NCBI GenBank assembly: GCA_030613005.1 | Contig: JAUWMV010000006.1 | Coordinates: forward strand, 22,298 to 86,297 | Direction of reading: 5' to 3' | Source: a bacterium | Lineage (GTDB): Bacteria > UBP14 > UBA6098 > B30-G16 | DNA: 64,000 nt | Shown: positions 10,101 to 20,000 of the stretch, piece by piece | Position numbering within the stretch: position 1 is the first letter of the stretch | Layout: each line of letters begins with the position of its first letter | The notes under the pieces: model-generated | Seen by the model: the letters and a program-made list of their open reading frames with translations, nothing else | What the model was told of the DNA's origin: nothing | Databases searched by the model: none | Made by a program: the position numbers and the translations under genes

Positions 10101-13100
10101 TTGGTTCCCTACTCATATCCACAAAGTGTACCCAACCTCATTATTGAGAAAATAAGATTCCATAACGAAGGCTGGTCATGGTGGGGAACCCGTGTTGTTT
10201 ACGATCCATATCCTGTTTCGCCAATAACTGGAGAAGCATTCTTTAGAGCCGGTGATGAAGTTTGTGTAACTGTTTATGCTGCAGATAATGCTTACGCAAA
10301 TTGTATGGTTGGTTGCGATGGATTTGGACCGTGTCCAAGAAGTGAGGGTGGTTGTATTATCGATGGTGATTATGTAAGTGGTATGCAAAAGTTCAGTTTC
10401 AGACATTATGTTCCCGGTAACAATTGGGCAGTTGATGTTCTCGATCTCGATGGTCTTCATCTTGCACCGAGGCAAATTGCACGCTGGACATTCTTTGTAG
10501 ACCCTGAACCACCCAAATTCGAAGTTTCTGATTTTACGCAATGCCCATTTGAATGGGATTTCCTTATTCGTGATGTTAACCGTCGCGTTAGCGAGGGATG
10601 GTGCGATGAATTCGTTGCTGATGTTGCAGCGATCGATATTAGAATTATAACAATCGACGACGAAGACTGCACCGACGATGATCTATTCCCATTTAATGTT
10701 GATACAATATTCATAAATGATTTACCCGTTGGTGGATCTGCAATAGTTTACCACTCAGCGAATCTCGGTGGCTTCTATACGGCTTATTATGGACATGGAA
10801 TGGATACATGTAGCACATTCCCATGCTGCACTGAGACGAATAGAGCAGATAAATATCTTTATGTCTCGCTAGAAGAGCATTTGGGATATCCTGAAAGAGA
10901 CGCATTGTTACGTCTGTATTGGGGTGATGGTACAGCTAATAGCTGCCATTTCTTCGAGCCCGGCGATAGCGTTATTGTAGAGATCTACGCGGGTGATGGA
11001 GTTAATGTTCCGTGGTTCCCTGCAACTGAACGTCAAGTTAACTGGAGAGGTCCATATCTTCGTGGAACAGGAGATCCATATTATATCTGGCATCACGAAG
11101 AGGATAACTATACTGGATACAATTTCCTCAACGCCAGCGATAGAAGACAATATCTGCTTAATACATTATGGAGAACCGATGCATATTATTATTCCACATT
11201 ACTTGGTGATATAGTTTATAATTATGCTGCCAACGGTGTTGATGCTCATTTGGCATTCTATTACAACTTTGAAAGTCCGAACTGGGAACTTATTCATACC
11301 GAGCATGTAAAGATTCAACCTGAGTTGGATGTTACTGAAGTTAAGTGGTTCAATGATGAGGCATATGAGACTTGGGCTCACTGTCTACCTACATGTGACT
11401 TTAATTACCCGCCAGATTTATTCGGTACATATTACGATATCGATGAAACCGCAGCACCTACACTTTCAGCAATAGGAATGAGAGATCCTTATTTAGGTAA
11501 GTATGCAAAGGATCTTACATTTATTACATTTGATATTCAGACTTGCACCGATTCAATAGTTTGGGAACATAGAGCAGGTTCGCATCCCGGTACTGATTCT
11601 GTGGTAAATCATGCTCCATATGCAAAAGTCGAAATTTACGATAGTACAGGTTTCATGATCTGGATGTATGAGGATTGGTATGACCACGATTGTATCCACT
11701 GCTGGCTTAAATATACACCAATGAGAGATGGTATTCCTTATGGGTTCGATGGTTGCATCGACGGTGGAAAACTTCACATAGGTCCTATAGACTTCCTGCT
11801 TAGCTTGGATACAGTTTGGGATACTACATACATTGTAATTGCAGGAGGAGAACTGTTCCCTCTTTATTACGTACCCACAGAATATATTGGTTGGCCTGCA
11901 CCCAGAAAGTGGTTCGTTTCACACACATGGAGTGCAGACAGCGATACTGTTTATAGTCATAGAGAACCAGAGTATGGTTATATGAATAAAGATAGTATGG
12001 TCATAACAGTGGGTATTCATACACGTAATTCCAATTTGTTCGGTCAAGATACAATTGCTGAATATCATGAGTATGTGTGGGATTACATTATAGATATTAA
12101 ACCTCCAACAGGACGCTTCGCACCATTGCTTTCTGTTTCTGGTGGAAAAGAAGTTAACTGTGTGGATAGGAATATTCTCAATAGCAGAATTAGAGTAAGA
12201 CTCGAGTCCTTAACCGATGACGGTGTTGGTTGTTCAGGCGGAGGTTGGGCTGAAGGATGGGTAACAGATTGGCCGTTACCAGCAGTTATCCCAGAAACAG
12301 ATATGCTTAACTATAAATGGTATCCTGAATTGAATCAGAATCTATTCCTCGAATACAATTCTGGAACACGCTATCTATTCTCAAATGAGAATCTTTGGAT
12401 ATTCAATTGCGCCGATGAAATTATACCTGCGAAGGATATGGGACTCGTTAGACCTATATGGATCTATCATGGTGTGGCTGATGATTTTGCAGTTGGAACA
12501 GATCTCGAAAGAGACACGCTCTATATTGCAGATTCGCTTTGGGCATCCGCAATAATTCAGGACAGACTGGGTAACTACGCTGAGTTAGCTTCCGGACCAA
12601 TGGGTCTGGATAACGGTCTGCCATGGGTTAAAGGAATTGCTTTCTGTACTGCAATGAGAAATCCAATGACAAAGATTATAAGTACCTTTAGATGCTGGGA
12701 TCCAATGAAGATCAAGGCTCCATGGCATATTGCATCTCAAGACAGTATTATCGGTATTTACAACTTCTCGCCGGCTGGATCACCTACTGCAATGTGCACA
12801 ATTTATGTTAGAGTATGGTTCAATGACAATATGGATATGAGAGTTCCTATGGGATTTGAGGGATATTCTGTGAAGTATCAGCCTGAGGGTTGGACACACT
12901 GGTTCCCTGTCGTTCCACTTGACGGATTCTCACATTACTATCCACTTGCAGAGGAATATGCAGATTACCGAGATGTAGCATCTGGACCACTATATAGAAG
13001 TTCTGCACCTTCTTCACCAGATGATATCGATACAGAAATTCCCGATGCAGCTGGTGTGGAACCTGGCTGGAATTCCGACCGTGAATGGATTGGCTATATG

Positions 13101-16100
13101 ATAATTTCTGGTGATGGCATAATGGACGGTGTTGCTCAGTTGAGTATTCAGAATTTCGATGACAATGCTAGAAATATTATGCTCGATCATGAATATCCGT
13201 TCCGAATAGAAACTCGATATGACATGCCTGTTGTAGGCTGGCCACAAATTGAATTCGGAGATGAAGATACTATTATCGATCCTGAACATGATTCTTGGGA
13301 AGTACCGTATTTCGGGGGACCTGGTGTTCTTACTTCGTTCTTCTCACCTGAAAAATGCGGTGGCTGGCAGGATATTCCTGATAGTGTGGATGTTTATGCG
13401 TATACATTTGATCCATCGATTACTGATAGCGTTGTGTTCGACGTTTACTGGCATTATGTTGAGTGGGCAGATTCGAATGTTCCTGGACCAACAATAGAGA
13501 GTGACTATCACTGGAACATCGATGATGTTCCCACGTCCGAATATGTTTGGTACAGTGCTCCATTGGGTGCTTGGACTGCAAGAATCCCAAGCGACGAATT
13601 CAATCTCCTTCTCAATTCACCTTGGAACGAAGAAGTTTATGCCACAATTGTATTTAAGGTATATTCAAGATTCTATCCAGGTAAATATCTTGCCGATACA
13701 CTTATGAATATTTGGATCGATAACGACATCATAAACGGTGGTATCGATATTATTGTTACCGGTGAAGAAGACGGAGATATACCCGGCGGAACAGATCTTC
13801 TTATATTCCTACCCACAACTGAAACAATCCGTATAGTCCTAACTGGCGATGAGCTTCCAAAGATCGATGCAATAGGATTTGCATGGGTAGATCAAGTTAC
13901 TGGCGCAGTTTATCCGATTACTGATACCGAATTTCCTTATGATGATGAATATTTACCAATCGATACTGATCCAAGCGATGGTTTCTGGTATGATCCTGAC
14001 AAAAACGTTCTAATCTATGATTGGAATTGTGATGGTCAGTTAATTCCAGGTCTATACACTTTACATGTATTTGGAACTAACTATATCACAAATGTATACG
14101 ATAACATAGTAGGTGATGTCTGGACTGAAGAATATGTGCATAACTTCTGTTTAGATAGAATTAACCTTCAGGTACCTCGCGAAGCTTACATTTCAAGAGG
14201 AACCGACCTTGATAATTCTCTTGAAACTACAGAAATGAGATATCTCACTCAACCTTGGGCAGAGGATATCTATCCATGGAAGAACGAGAATAAATATTCT
14301 GATTATCCCGGCTGGATTTACATCGATGAGTCAGTTATCGAGGGATTTGAGCACTTACATAGATTCCAGAGCTTGACATTCAATAATCCAGATTATACAT
14401 CAGGTCCTGATGATCCATTCATCCGAGATTTTACCGAGCAGGGTGGATATATGGGTGATTCTATCTATGTTATATTCGACCTGTATCCAGATGACTTTAT
14501 CTTTACCGACAGCGTAAAGATGGTCATCGAGGATGAATATGGTGGAGACATCAGTGGTTCAAACTTCCGAATTGTTAAGTGGTTCTATATTCCTGAGGAT
14601 GTCCAAGACTTCGTAAGGTTCCATGAGGCATGCTCCGTTGAAGTCGAAACTCTTATTGTAGAAAAAGGTGATACAGTTGATACAACAATTATTATCGATA
14701 CACTATGTTATATGGAACCAGAAACGCTGGAATTCCTTGCTTACAATTGGATTTTGGACGATCAGGATAACCGATACGATGGACCAGTAAGAATTACATT
14801 CACTACTTATGAAGAGAACATCGAGACAGAAACTGTAATTCCAACAGATCACCCGAACTTTGTATTCCTTGACACTTATGATCCTGAATACAGAGTGGAT
14901 CTTGTTAGGGCAAACGGTTATCCAATGTTCACTTGTATTTATGATGAGATGCCCGGTGAAATAATCTGGGTAACTAATGCGGATACGGTTGATATCTTTA
15001 TCCATTGGATGCAAACGATATTTGATCAGTCAGAGACAGCTGAAGATTACGTTTCTTACGATAATTTCACATATGGAAGAATTTGGGACTTCCTCCGTAT
15101 AACGATCGATGGTGCACCTCACTATGGATTCCACGTCGATGATCCCAACGACTTGCTTGAAGCCATGATCTGGTCGACAGATGCAACAGTATACGATAGA
15201 GATAATCCATTCTGGCACCAGCCTGAGGGTGGATACGATTCCTATCCGTTCCCGATGTTCTTCTTTGCGAATAATACATACAAGTATCGTTGGACTGTAG
15301 CAACCGATCATAAAGGAAACGGTCTTGCATACATTCTAGTTAAGGGTCGTGACGTTGCTGGTAACATACTTGATTACGATGAGGCTCGTTATTCTGAATC
15401 GATAGGAAAACTCGTACTAATAGATACCAAAGCACCTGAAGTTGTATCTGGGCTTATCACACTGACTGCCGCATCGATGGTTGCAGAACCAGATGGAATA
15501 AGAGATAATTTACTCGGTCAAGGATTCAGAGATAATGCATACTTCACTTATGTATATGTTAGCATAAAATCTCTCGATGAAAGCGTTACCTATGTTGAAG
15601 GCATACCTACCAATGATGATGGTTCTATAACCTCAACAGCTGTTAGTCTAACTGCGGGTGAATTGGTACTGGTTTGCGCTGAAGACCTTGCAGGTAATGT
15701 AGGCTGCAGTGAAGTTGAAGTTCTCCCTGTTATAGAATGCTGTGATTGGGACTTGTGTGTCGGTTGGAACATGGTTTCTTTATCCGTGATTCCGGATGAT
15801 CCCAGCAGAACATCAGTTTTTGGCGATTATACCGTTTATATTAATCGTGGTAATACATGGACACCTGCACCTGATATTCTGACACCTGGTGACGGTTACC
15901 TTGTACTAGTCGATGATGAGGCAACAATCCTGAGTGTTTGTGGTGATCCTTTACATAGTGTTGTACTCGACAACCTTCTCTCAGCATGGAACCTTATTGG
16001 TGCAATCTGGGGTGATGTCGACATAACAGATGTTAAAGTTACGCCAACAGGTGCGTTAGATATTACTCATACGTATTACTTCGACTGTGAGATGGACGGA

Positions 16101-16880
16101 TATGTCGCCACAACTATTCTCGAACAGTGTCGTGGACATATTGTCTGGGCAAATGTACCGTGCACACTTGAAATACCTGATCCAGATTCTAAGGGTATTA
16201 CTTCTACTAAGAAGCCAGTATTTACTGCTATCTGGAATGCGAATATTCTTGTTAAGTCCGGCGAAATTGAAAAGAATCTTGTTATTGGTGTTGCAGATGG
16301 TGCAACTGAAGGATACGACGAGGGTATAGATAAGGTATCTATTCTTGGATTGCCCGGCACTCCTGAGGTATTTATCGAGAATCATCTAAACACTGATTAT
16401 AGAGATGAGAACGATGAGCTTATATGGAAAGTTCATACAGATATTAACGTGAGCATGATTACTAACCTGAACGATGTTCCTGAAGATTACAACCTATATC
16501 TCGTATACAGTGACGGCTATAGAATCAATCTCCGAGAAACCGGGAACGTAATGCTGAACGATAATAATGCCTATTTCGTCGCAGAAAAGGCCGTTATTCC
16601 AACAGCATTCGAGCTTGGTGGTAACTATCCTAACCCGTTCAACGTTGCTACTGTCATAGCATATGAAATTCCTGAGGATTCAGATGTAAGACTCGAGGTA
16701 TTTGATATCTCCGGTCACAAAGTGAAGACTCTGGTTAATGAGACAAAGACAGCGGGCTACAAGACAGTGACTTGGGATGGAACCGACGATCTCGGAAACG
16801 AAGTACCAAGTGGAGTCTACTTATACAGACTAACTGCTAAAAACTACACAAATACAAAGACAATGATGCTCTCTAAGTAA
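7185..16880 (+). CDS. giant secreted surface protein (3231 aa) with a T9SS/Por-type C-terminal sorting domain
   Basis: The ORF is open from GTG 7113. ATG 7185 is preceded by GAAAGGAG (6-nt spacer) and followed by the signal peptide MRGRGALILLLGLLVFSGAFA/QG. The last 90 aa (nt 16608-16877) read NYPNPFN..LEVFDISGHKV..SGVYLYRL..KTMMLSK. Confidence 0.85.
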   Translation: MRGRGALILLLGLLVFSGAFAQGTGSDWQYFNVFNLIRDSYGTQIPSNYTTSFGTVTSFTPAREKGWTTFESGSRVTETGVYGLPEVDNVHWYDERLIPLRHDRAVLRLDLLAASSDIYITGIKLTIWGTKDFDPNEDLAPLKPSDARIFYDTWPTEEDKCTGVQFYVDRDDGIPAHAASCDIFDITDVEGLPERILESKRTYYVDYSAPVGGGGVPADSFVYDPDDPGDPTLKWIKVEANFAIPRDTIEINQKWNKWIAVFPFNNAIAIPAQSGWTGKNLPFKRMWIVIKTTGCHGCGFEEEEEYGDEGTSFMVGGPIEGLSKADTFYIGVDHNTHIDCYINNFYQHKSIPPVGKVEVRPTHGIPSRPTAGRWKKAEFLYGVEDFKPQIFNLYPANLVGSNGPHSDAIKVNNEDWEYGFLTRDEYEWASDPSRPTSDNYYIYTADATQLISFTAQDKQTCIESAFVEIRYLNGGNFPGRIDSIFFRNPMALPWDTANGGIGTGWITYIIGDGNDADNHPTPGKTSGWGINDEVAGIMDDSICGRDSFYIAVGNDGTSGYGEYLDPFLDGAVVKVTVRVFNRTTHWDMVRNTTRTTANAWAETSWIFIVDLSGPNASLICPEALNHDNETREFRNYEAYPVGNWNFNRFDNIENLVVPYLWLADSLPVFTIEIFDDYWRIHDTDNHGPRYTGAEGGSGFNQRDFTFHFWVQRKGAGTESGIFRGETPYSIRISESDMWKWYDPCVGDSVQGVYFDEYDNGTGGILYINFEYLHRSPYRADNNNFILYSGDKVYIVATEIYDDPDYGQGNQKFSELSYGSIDLYPSGSMCGIDGNDPNYGSKTSNRNHVPLWPVTCEGYSSYSPDTLGIVRIDLKGPYAPDYSFYPPHGWITSDTTQVITVDLFDRIGYIDVDDEIYFKDSVKADTYNPLYFGVSGVNADSIIMNIKVRSCDGRWHPYYGGAEGRNFVINRTGLVPYSYPQSVPNLIIEKIRFHNEGWSWWGTRVVYDPYPVSPITGEAFFRAGDEVCVTVYAADNAYANCMVGCDGFGPCPRSEGGCIIDGDYVSGMQKFSFRHYVPGNNWAVDVLDLDGLHLAPRQIARWTFFVDPEPPKFEVSDFTQCPFEWDFLIRDVNRRVSEGWCDEFVADVAAIDIRIITIDDEDCTDDDLFPFNVDTIFINDLPVGGSAIVYHSANLGGFYTAYYGHGMDTCSTFPCCTETNRADKYLYVSLEEHLGYPERDALLRLYWGDGTANSCHFFEPGDSVIVEIYAGDGVNVPWFPATERQVNWRGPYLRGTGDPYYIWHHEEDNYTGYNFLNASDRRQYLLNTLWRTDAYYYSTLLGDIVYNYAANGVDAHLAFYYNFESPNWELIHTEHVKIQPELDVTEVKWFNDEAYETWAHCLPTCDFNYPPDLFGTYYDIDETAAPTLSAIGMRDPYLGKYAKDLTFITFDIQTCTDSIVWEHRAGSHPGTDSVVNHAPYAKVEIYDSTGFMIWMYEDWYDHDCIHCWLKYTPMRDGIPYGFDGCIDGGKLHIGPIDFLLSLDTVWDTTYIVIAGGELFPLYYVPTEYIGWPAPRKWFVSHTWSADSDTVYSHREPEYGYMNKDSMVITVGIHTRNSNLFGQDTIAEYHEYVWDYIIDIKPPTGRFAPLLSVSGGKEVNCVDRNILNSRIRVRLESLTDDGVGCSGGGWAEGWVTDWPLPAVIPETDMLNYKWYPELNQNLFLEYNSGTRYLFSNENLWIFNCADEIIPAKDMGLVRPIWIYHGVADDFAVGTDLERDTLYIADSLWASAIIQDRLGNYAELASGPMGLDNGLPWVKGIAFCTAMRNPMTKIISTFRCWDPMKIKAPWHIASQDSIIGIYNFSPAGSPTAMCTIYVRVWFNDNMDMRVPMGFEGYSVKYQPEGWTHWFPVVPLDGFSHYYPLAEEYADYRDVASGPLYRSSAPSSPDDIDTEIPDAAGVEPGWNSDREWIGYMIISGDGIMDGVAQLSIQNFDDNARNIMLDHEYPFRIETRYDMPVVGWPQIEFGDEDTIIDPEHDSWEVPYFGGPGVLTSFFSPEKCGGWQDIPDSVDVYAYTFDPSITDSVVFDVYWHYVEWADSNVPGPTIESDYHWNIDDVPTSEYVWYSAPLGAWTARIPSDEFNLLLNSPWNEEVYATIVFKVYSRFYPGKYLADTLMNIWIDNDIINGGIDIIVTGEEDGDIPGGTDLLIFLPTTETIRIVLTGDELPKIDAIGFAWVDQVTGAVYPITDTEFPYDDEYLPIDTDPSDGFWYDPDKNVLIYDWNCDGQLIPGLYTLHVFGTNYITNVYDNIVGDVWTEEYVHNFCLDRINLQVPREAYISRGTDLDNSLETTEMRYLTQPWAEDIYPWKNENKYSDYPGWIYIDESVIEGFEHLHRFQSLTFNNPDYTSGPDDPFIRDFTEQGGYMGDSIYVIFDLYPDDFIFTDSVKMVIEDEYGGDISGSNFRIVKWFYIPEDVQDFVRFHEACSVEVETLIVEKGDTVDTTIIIDTLCYMEPETLEFLAYNWILDDQDNRYDGPVRITFTTYEENIETETVIPTDHPNFVFLDTYDPEYRVDLVRANGYPMFTCIYDEMPGEIIWVTNADTVDIFIHWMQTIFDQSETAEDYVSYDNFTYGRIWDFLRITIDGAPHYGFHVDDPNDLLEAMIWSTDATVYDRDNPFWHQPEGGYDSYPFPMFFFANNTYKYRWTVATDHKGNGLAYILVKGRDVAGNILDYDEARYSESIGKLVLIDTKAPEVVSGLITLTAASMVAEPDGIRDNLLGQGFRDNAYFTYVYVSIKSLDESVTYVEGIPTNDDGSITSTAVSLTAGELVLVCAEDLAGNVGCSEVEVLPVIECCDWDLCVGWNMVSLSVIPDDPSRTSVFGDYTVYINRGNTWTPAPDILTPGDGYLVLVDDEATILSVCGDPLHSVVLDNLLSAWNLIGAIWGDVDITDVKVTPTGALDITHTYYFDCEMDGYVATTILEQCRGHIVWANVPCTLEIPDPDSKGITSTKKPVFTAIWNANILVKSGEIEKNLVIGVADGATEGYDEGIDKVSILGLPGTPEVFIENHLNTDYRDENDELIWKVHTDINVSMITNLNDVPEDYNLYLVYSDGYRINLRETGNVMLNDNNAYFVAEKAVIPTAFELGGNYPNPFNVATVIAYEIPEDSDVRLEVFDISGHKVKTLVNETKTAGYKTVTWDGTDDLGNEVPSGVYLYRLTAKNYTNTKTMMLSK
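16608..16877 (+). other. T9SS/Por (FlgD-Ig-like) C-terminal sorting domain of the 3231-aa protein
   Basis: FELGGNYPNPFNVATVIAYEIPEDSDVRLEVFDISGHKVKTLVNETKTAGYKTVTWDGTDDLGNEVPSGVYLYRLTAKNYTNTKTMMLSK matches the TIGR04183-type pattern as I remember it. Confidence 0.8.
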
Positions 16881-16894
16881 ACTTATAGAGAATC

Positions 16895-16931
16895 GGCTGG
16901 GGTCCTTAAATGGACCCCAGCCTGAATTTTT
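16895..16931 (+). terminator. rho-independent terminator after the giant gene
   Basis: Perfect 11-bp stem ggctggggtcc / ggaccccagcc with a 6-nt loop, followed by tgaattttt, 15 nt after the stop codon. Confidence 0.7.
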
Positions 16932-17098
16932 AAGGGGATGAGAAATAGATAATTAGATATTAAGTTGTTCGTTTTAAGCTTTACGTTTTAAATTTTGTTT
17001 CTGGTGGATGTAGAGGAAGAGAAGAAATTTGATGTTTGTTTTAATTGTAATCAAAAACTCGATTAAGAAAACAAAAAATCCTATGAAAGGAGGATACT

Positions 17099-20000
17099 AT
17101 GAGAAAGGCAATATTTAGTTTGGCAATATTCTTATTGCTAACTGGATCGGCTTTTGCTCAAAGCACTAGTTGGGAATATAATATAACTGTTAACGCTATT
17201 GACCATTCTGCATTTATGAACATCACGATGGGAATGACCGCAGGAGCGACTGATGGATATGATGGAGCAGGATTAGATATTATTGCTCCACCGCCAATGC
17301 CTAGTGGTTTCCGAGCCTACTTTGTTGCACCCAGTACTGATGGGTTTGATCCGTTAATGGATCCGTTTCTTATTAAGGATACCCGAAACAATACACCCGA
17401 TATATATGAATGGGTTGTTCGCACCGAGTATGCTGTAATTCCCGGTGCAGAAATTGAATGGGTTATTGATGATATTCCAGATAGCCTTCACGGTGGTAAC
17501 ATAGAAAGGGCTTTCATTGGAACGAGAGCTATAGGATCTACGGATGAACCTACAGATTGGATTGATATGTTTGTTGATAATAGCATTACTTACCATGTTC
17601 TTGAAGAAGCTGTTATTAGGATTACTACTATTGGAGCAGTCGACCATCTACCACCAGTTGTCTCAAATCTGTTTCCACCAGATGGTGCTGTGGGTGTTAG
17701 GGAAACTGAACTAATAAAATTCACAATAACAGATGATGTTTCAGGTGTAGATTTAGCTAATACTAGTGTAGAACTCGAGATAGACTTAGATAAGGATGGT
17801 CTTGCAGATTCTCTTGCAGATATAACCACTGCTGGTGTTTTCATACCTACAATTGGTGGGTATAACTTTGAATATGTTCCTGGTATTGATTACCCGACCG
17901 AGTCTGAGATTTGTGTGCTTGTTAATTCGCAAGATTTTTGCGATACTATACCTTTTGTTATGCCAGAGGTAAAATGGTGTTTTCAGATAGCAGCGATCCC
18001 CGAAGCAGATACGATACCTCCAGTGTATAATTCATGGAGCATTGGTCCTATGGGAATCGATACTCTTGCTAATCCATTTGAGCATATAACTCTTAGAGTC
18101 GAAGACTTCGGTGTAGGTGTTAATGCTGCGACAATACATGTGTACCTTGACGGAACAACAATGATACCCGATGATATGATTCGGAAAACCGCATTGGGTG
18201 TTGCTCATATGACTTACGATGTCGATATTCCACCATACCCACCGGTAGGATGGGATCCAGCAGGTTCACATACAATTCGAGTTGAAGCGTGTGATTTGGC
18301 TGGAAATTGCTCGATGAGTTTAGAAAGAGAATTTTTGGCTATGGCTGTAGGAAATGTATGGCAGATGCTTGTTACTATTGGGGATGGTTCCGGAAGCACA
18401 AGCGATTTGACGTTTGGACAGCATCCCACAGCAACCGACCTTTTCGATCCAGATAACGATTTCCCTCAGTTCGATATACCCGGTTTCTATGGATACTTCC
18501 CTATTAGCGATCCTTCATACTTCATGTATACCATGCTTTCTAAAGATATAAGAAAATTCGATTACGGCTCTATGACATGGGATGTTGAAGTTGACGATGT
18601 AACCGGTTCCGTTGTAACGGTTTCCTGGGATCGCACTGTCATTCCAGAACTTCCAGATCCATTAAGGCTTAAACTATTCGTTGGTTACGGCATATCACCG
18701 GATGCAATGACCTGGGCGAATCTTAAGAATTATCCCACTGAATTTGTCGATATTCCTGTTGGTGACATTATTAAGCTTCAAGCAATTGTTGCTGACACAA
18801 GTACTATTGATCCTAATCCTCACCTACAAATTATAAAACCTTTATCTGGTGAATATGAAGTGTCAGTATTTACAGACATAGAATTCATATTAACGGATGA
18901 CATTGGCATAGATAGAGATTCTGTTTATGTATTGTTTGATGGTGTCAATGTTACTTCATCGCTCGATTGGACTGTACTTCCCAATGGTTATGGAATAGTA
19001 TACAATCCGGGAGTACTGGATCGCTTTACCGAGTATGAAATATTCCTTCATGCAGAGGACATCGATCCAACGCGGCATTACCTCGATGTAGCATGGAAAT
19101 TCACCACAGGAGATACAGCCTGTGGACCTGTGTTCGATTTACATATAAAAGTTATTGATCCAAGTATCGATAGTTCTGATGTAATTATTGGTGTTAATAG
19201 TGATCATACAATAGCTTATGATGCTTTTGATACTCTTGATAAACCATTGCCACCACCAATAGGATTCTCGCCTTATATATATAATCCAGAAGCACCACCG
19301 TTCGTTAAGTGGATCAGCGATTTCAGGAACAACTGTGTTAGAAACGAGTGGCTAATAAGGTTCCAAGATCAATCTGCGTTAGAACAGATTATTAGGTGGG
19401 ATCCTACTGTGATATTCGAAGATGAATACTGGTGTCTTCAGATTGCTGTAGCACCAATTGCAGGACTACCACCAGACGATGCCGACTATGTGAACATGAA
19501 AGACATTGGCAATATTTCGATAGTTATTGGCGAGCAAGCTTATGTTAGATACGGGACATTTTGCGGTCGTGATAAGTACTATGTTTCGGGAAATGTATAC
19601 AGTGCTCTGGATTCGCATCCAATAGAAGGTGCGAAAATTTGGATGTCTGGATTCACAGATACAACCGATGCTTCCGGTTTTTATAAAGTCGGAAAGATTT
19701 TCCCAGGAGTTTACAATCTTGAAGTTGAAGCTGACGATTATATCGATACTACAATTAGTGTTACAATTATCGATCATGATGTGGTTGTAGATGTATATTT
19801 AGAATTACCGACATTCGCAATTTCAGGAACTACTTATGTAGATGGTGCAGCAACCGGTGGAGTAGATATTACAGTCGTGGGTATAGGTGAGTTTAGTTCG
19901 CATCCATCAGGTTACTTTGAAATCGGTAATTTACTTGCTGGTTCATACGAACTTATCGCGAGTTATGGTGTTGGCTATAATGCTGATACGAATGATGTAA

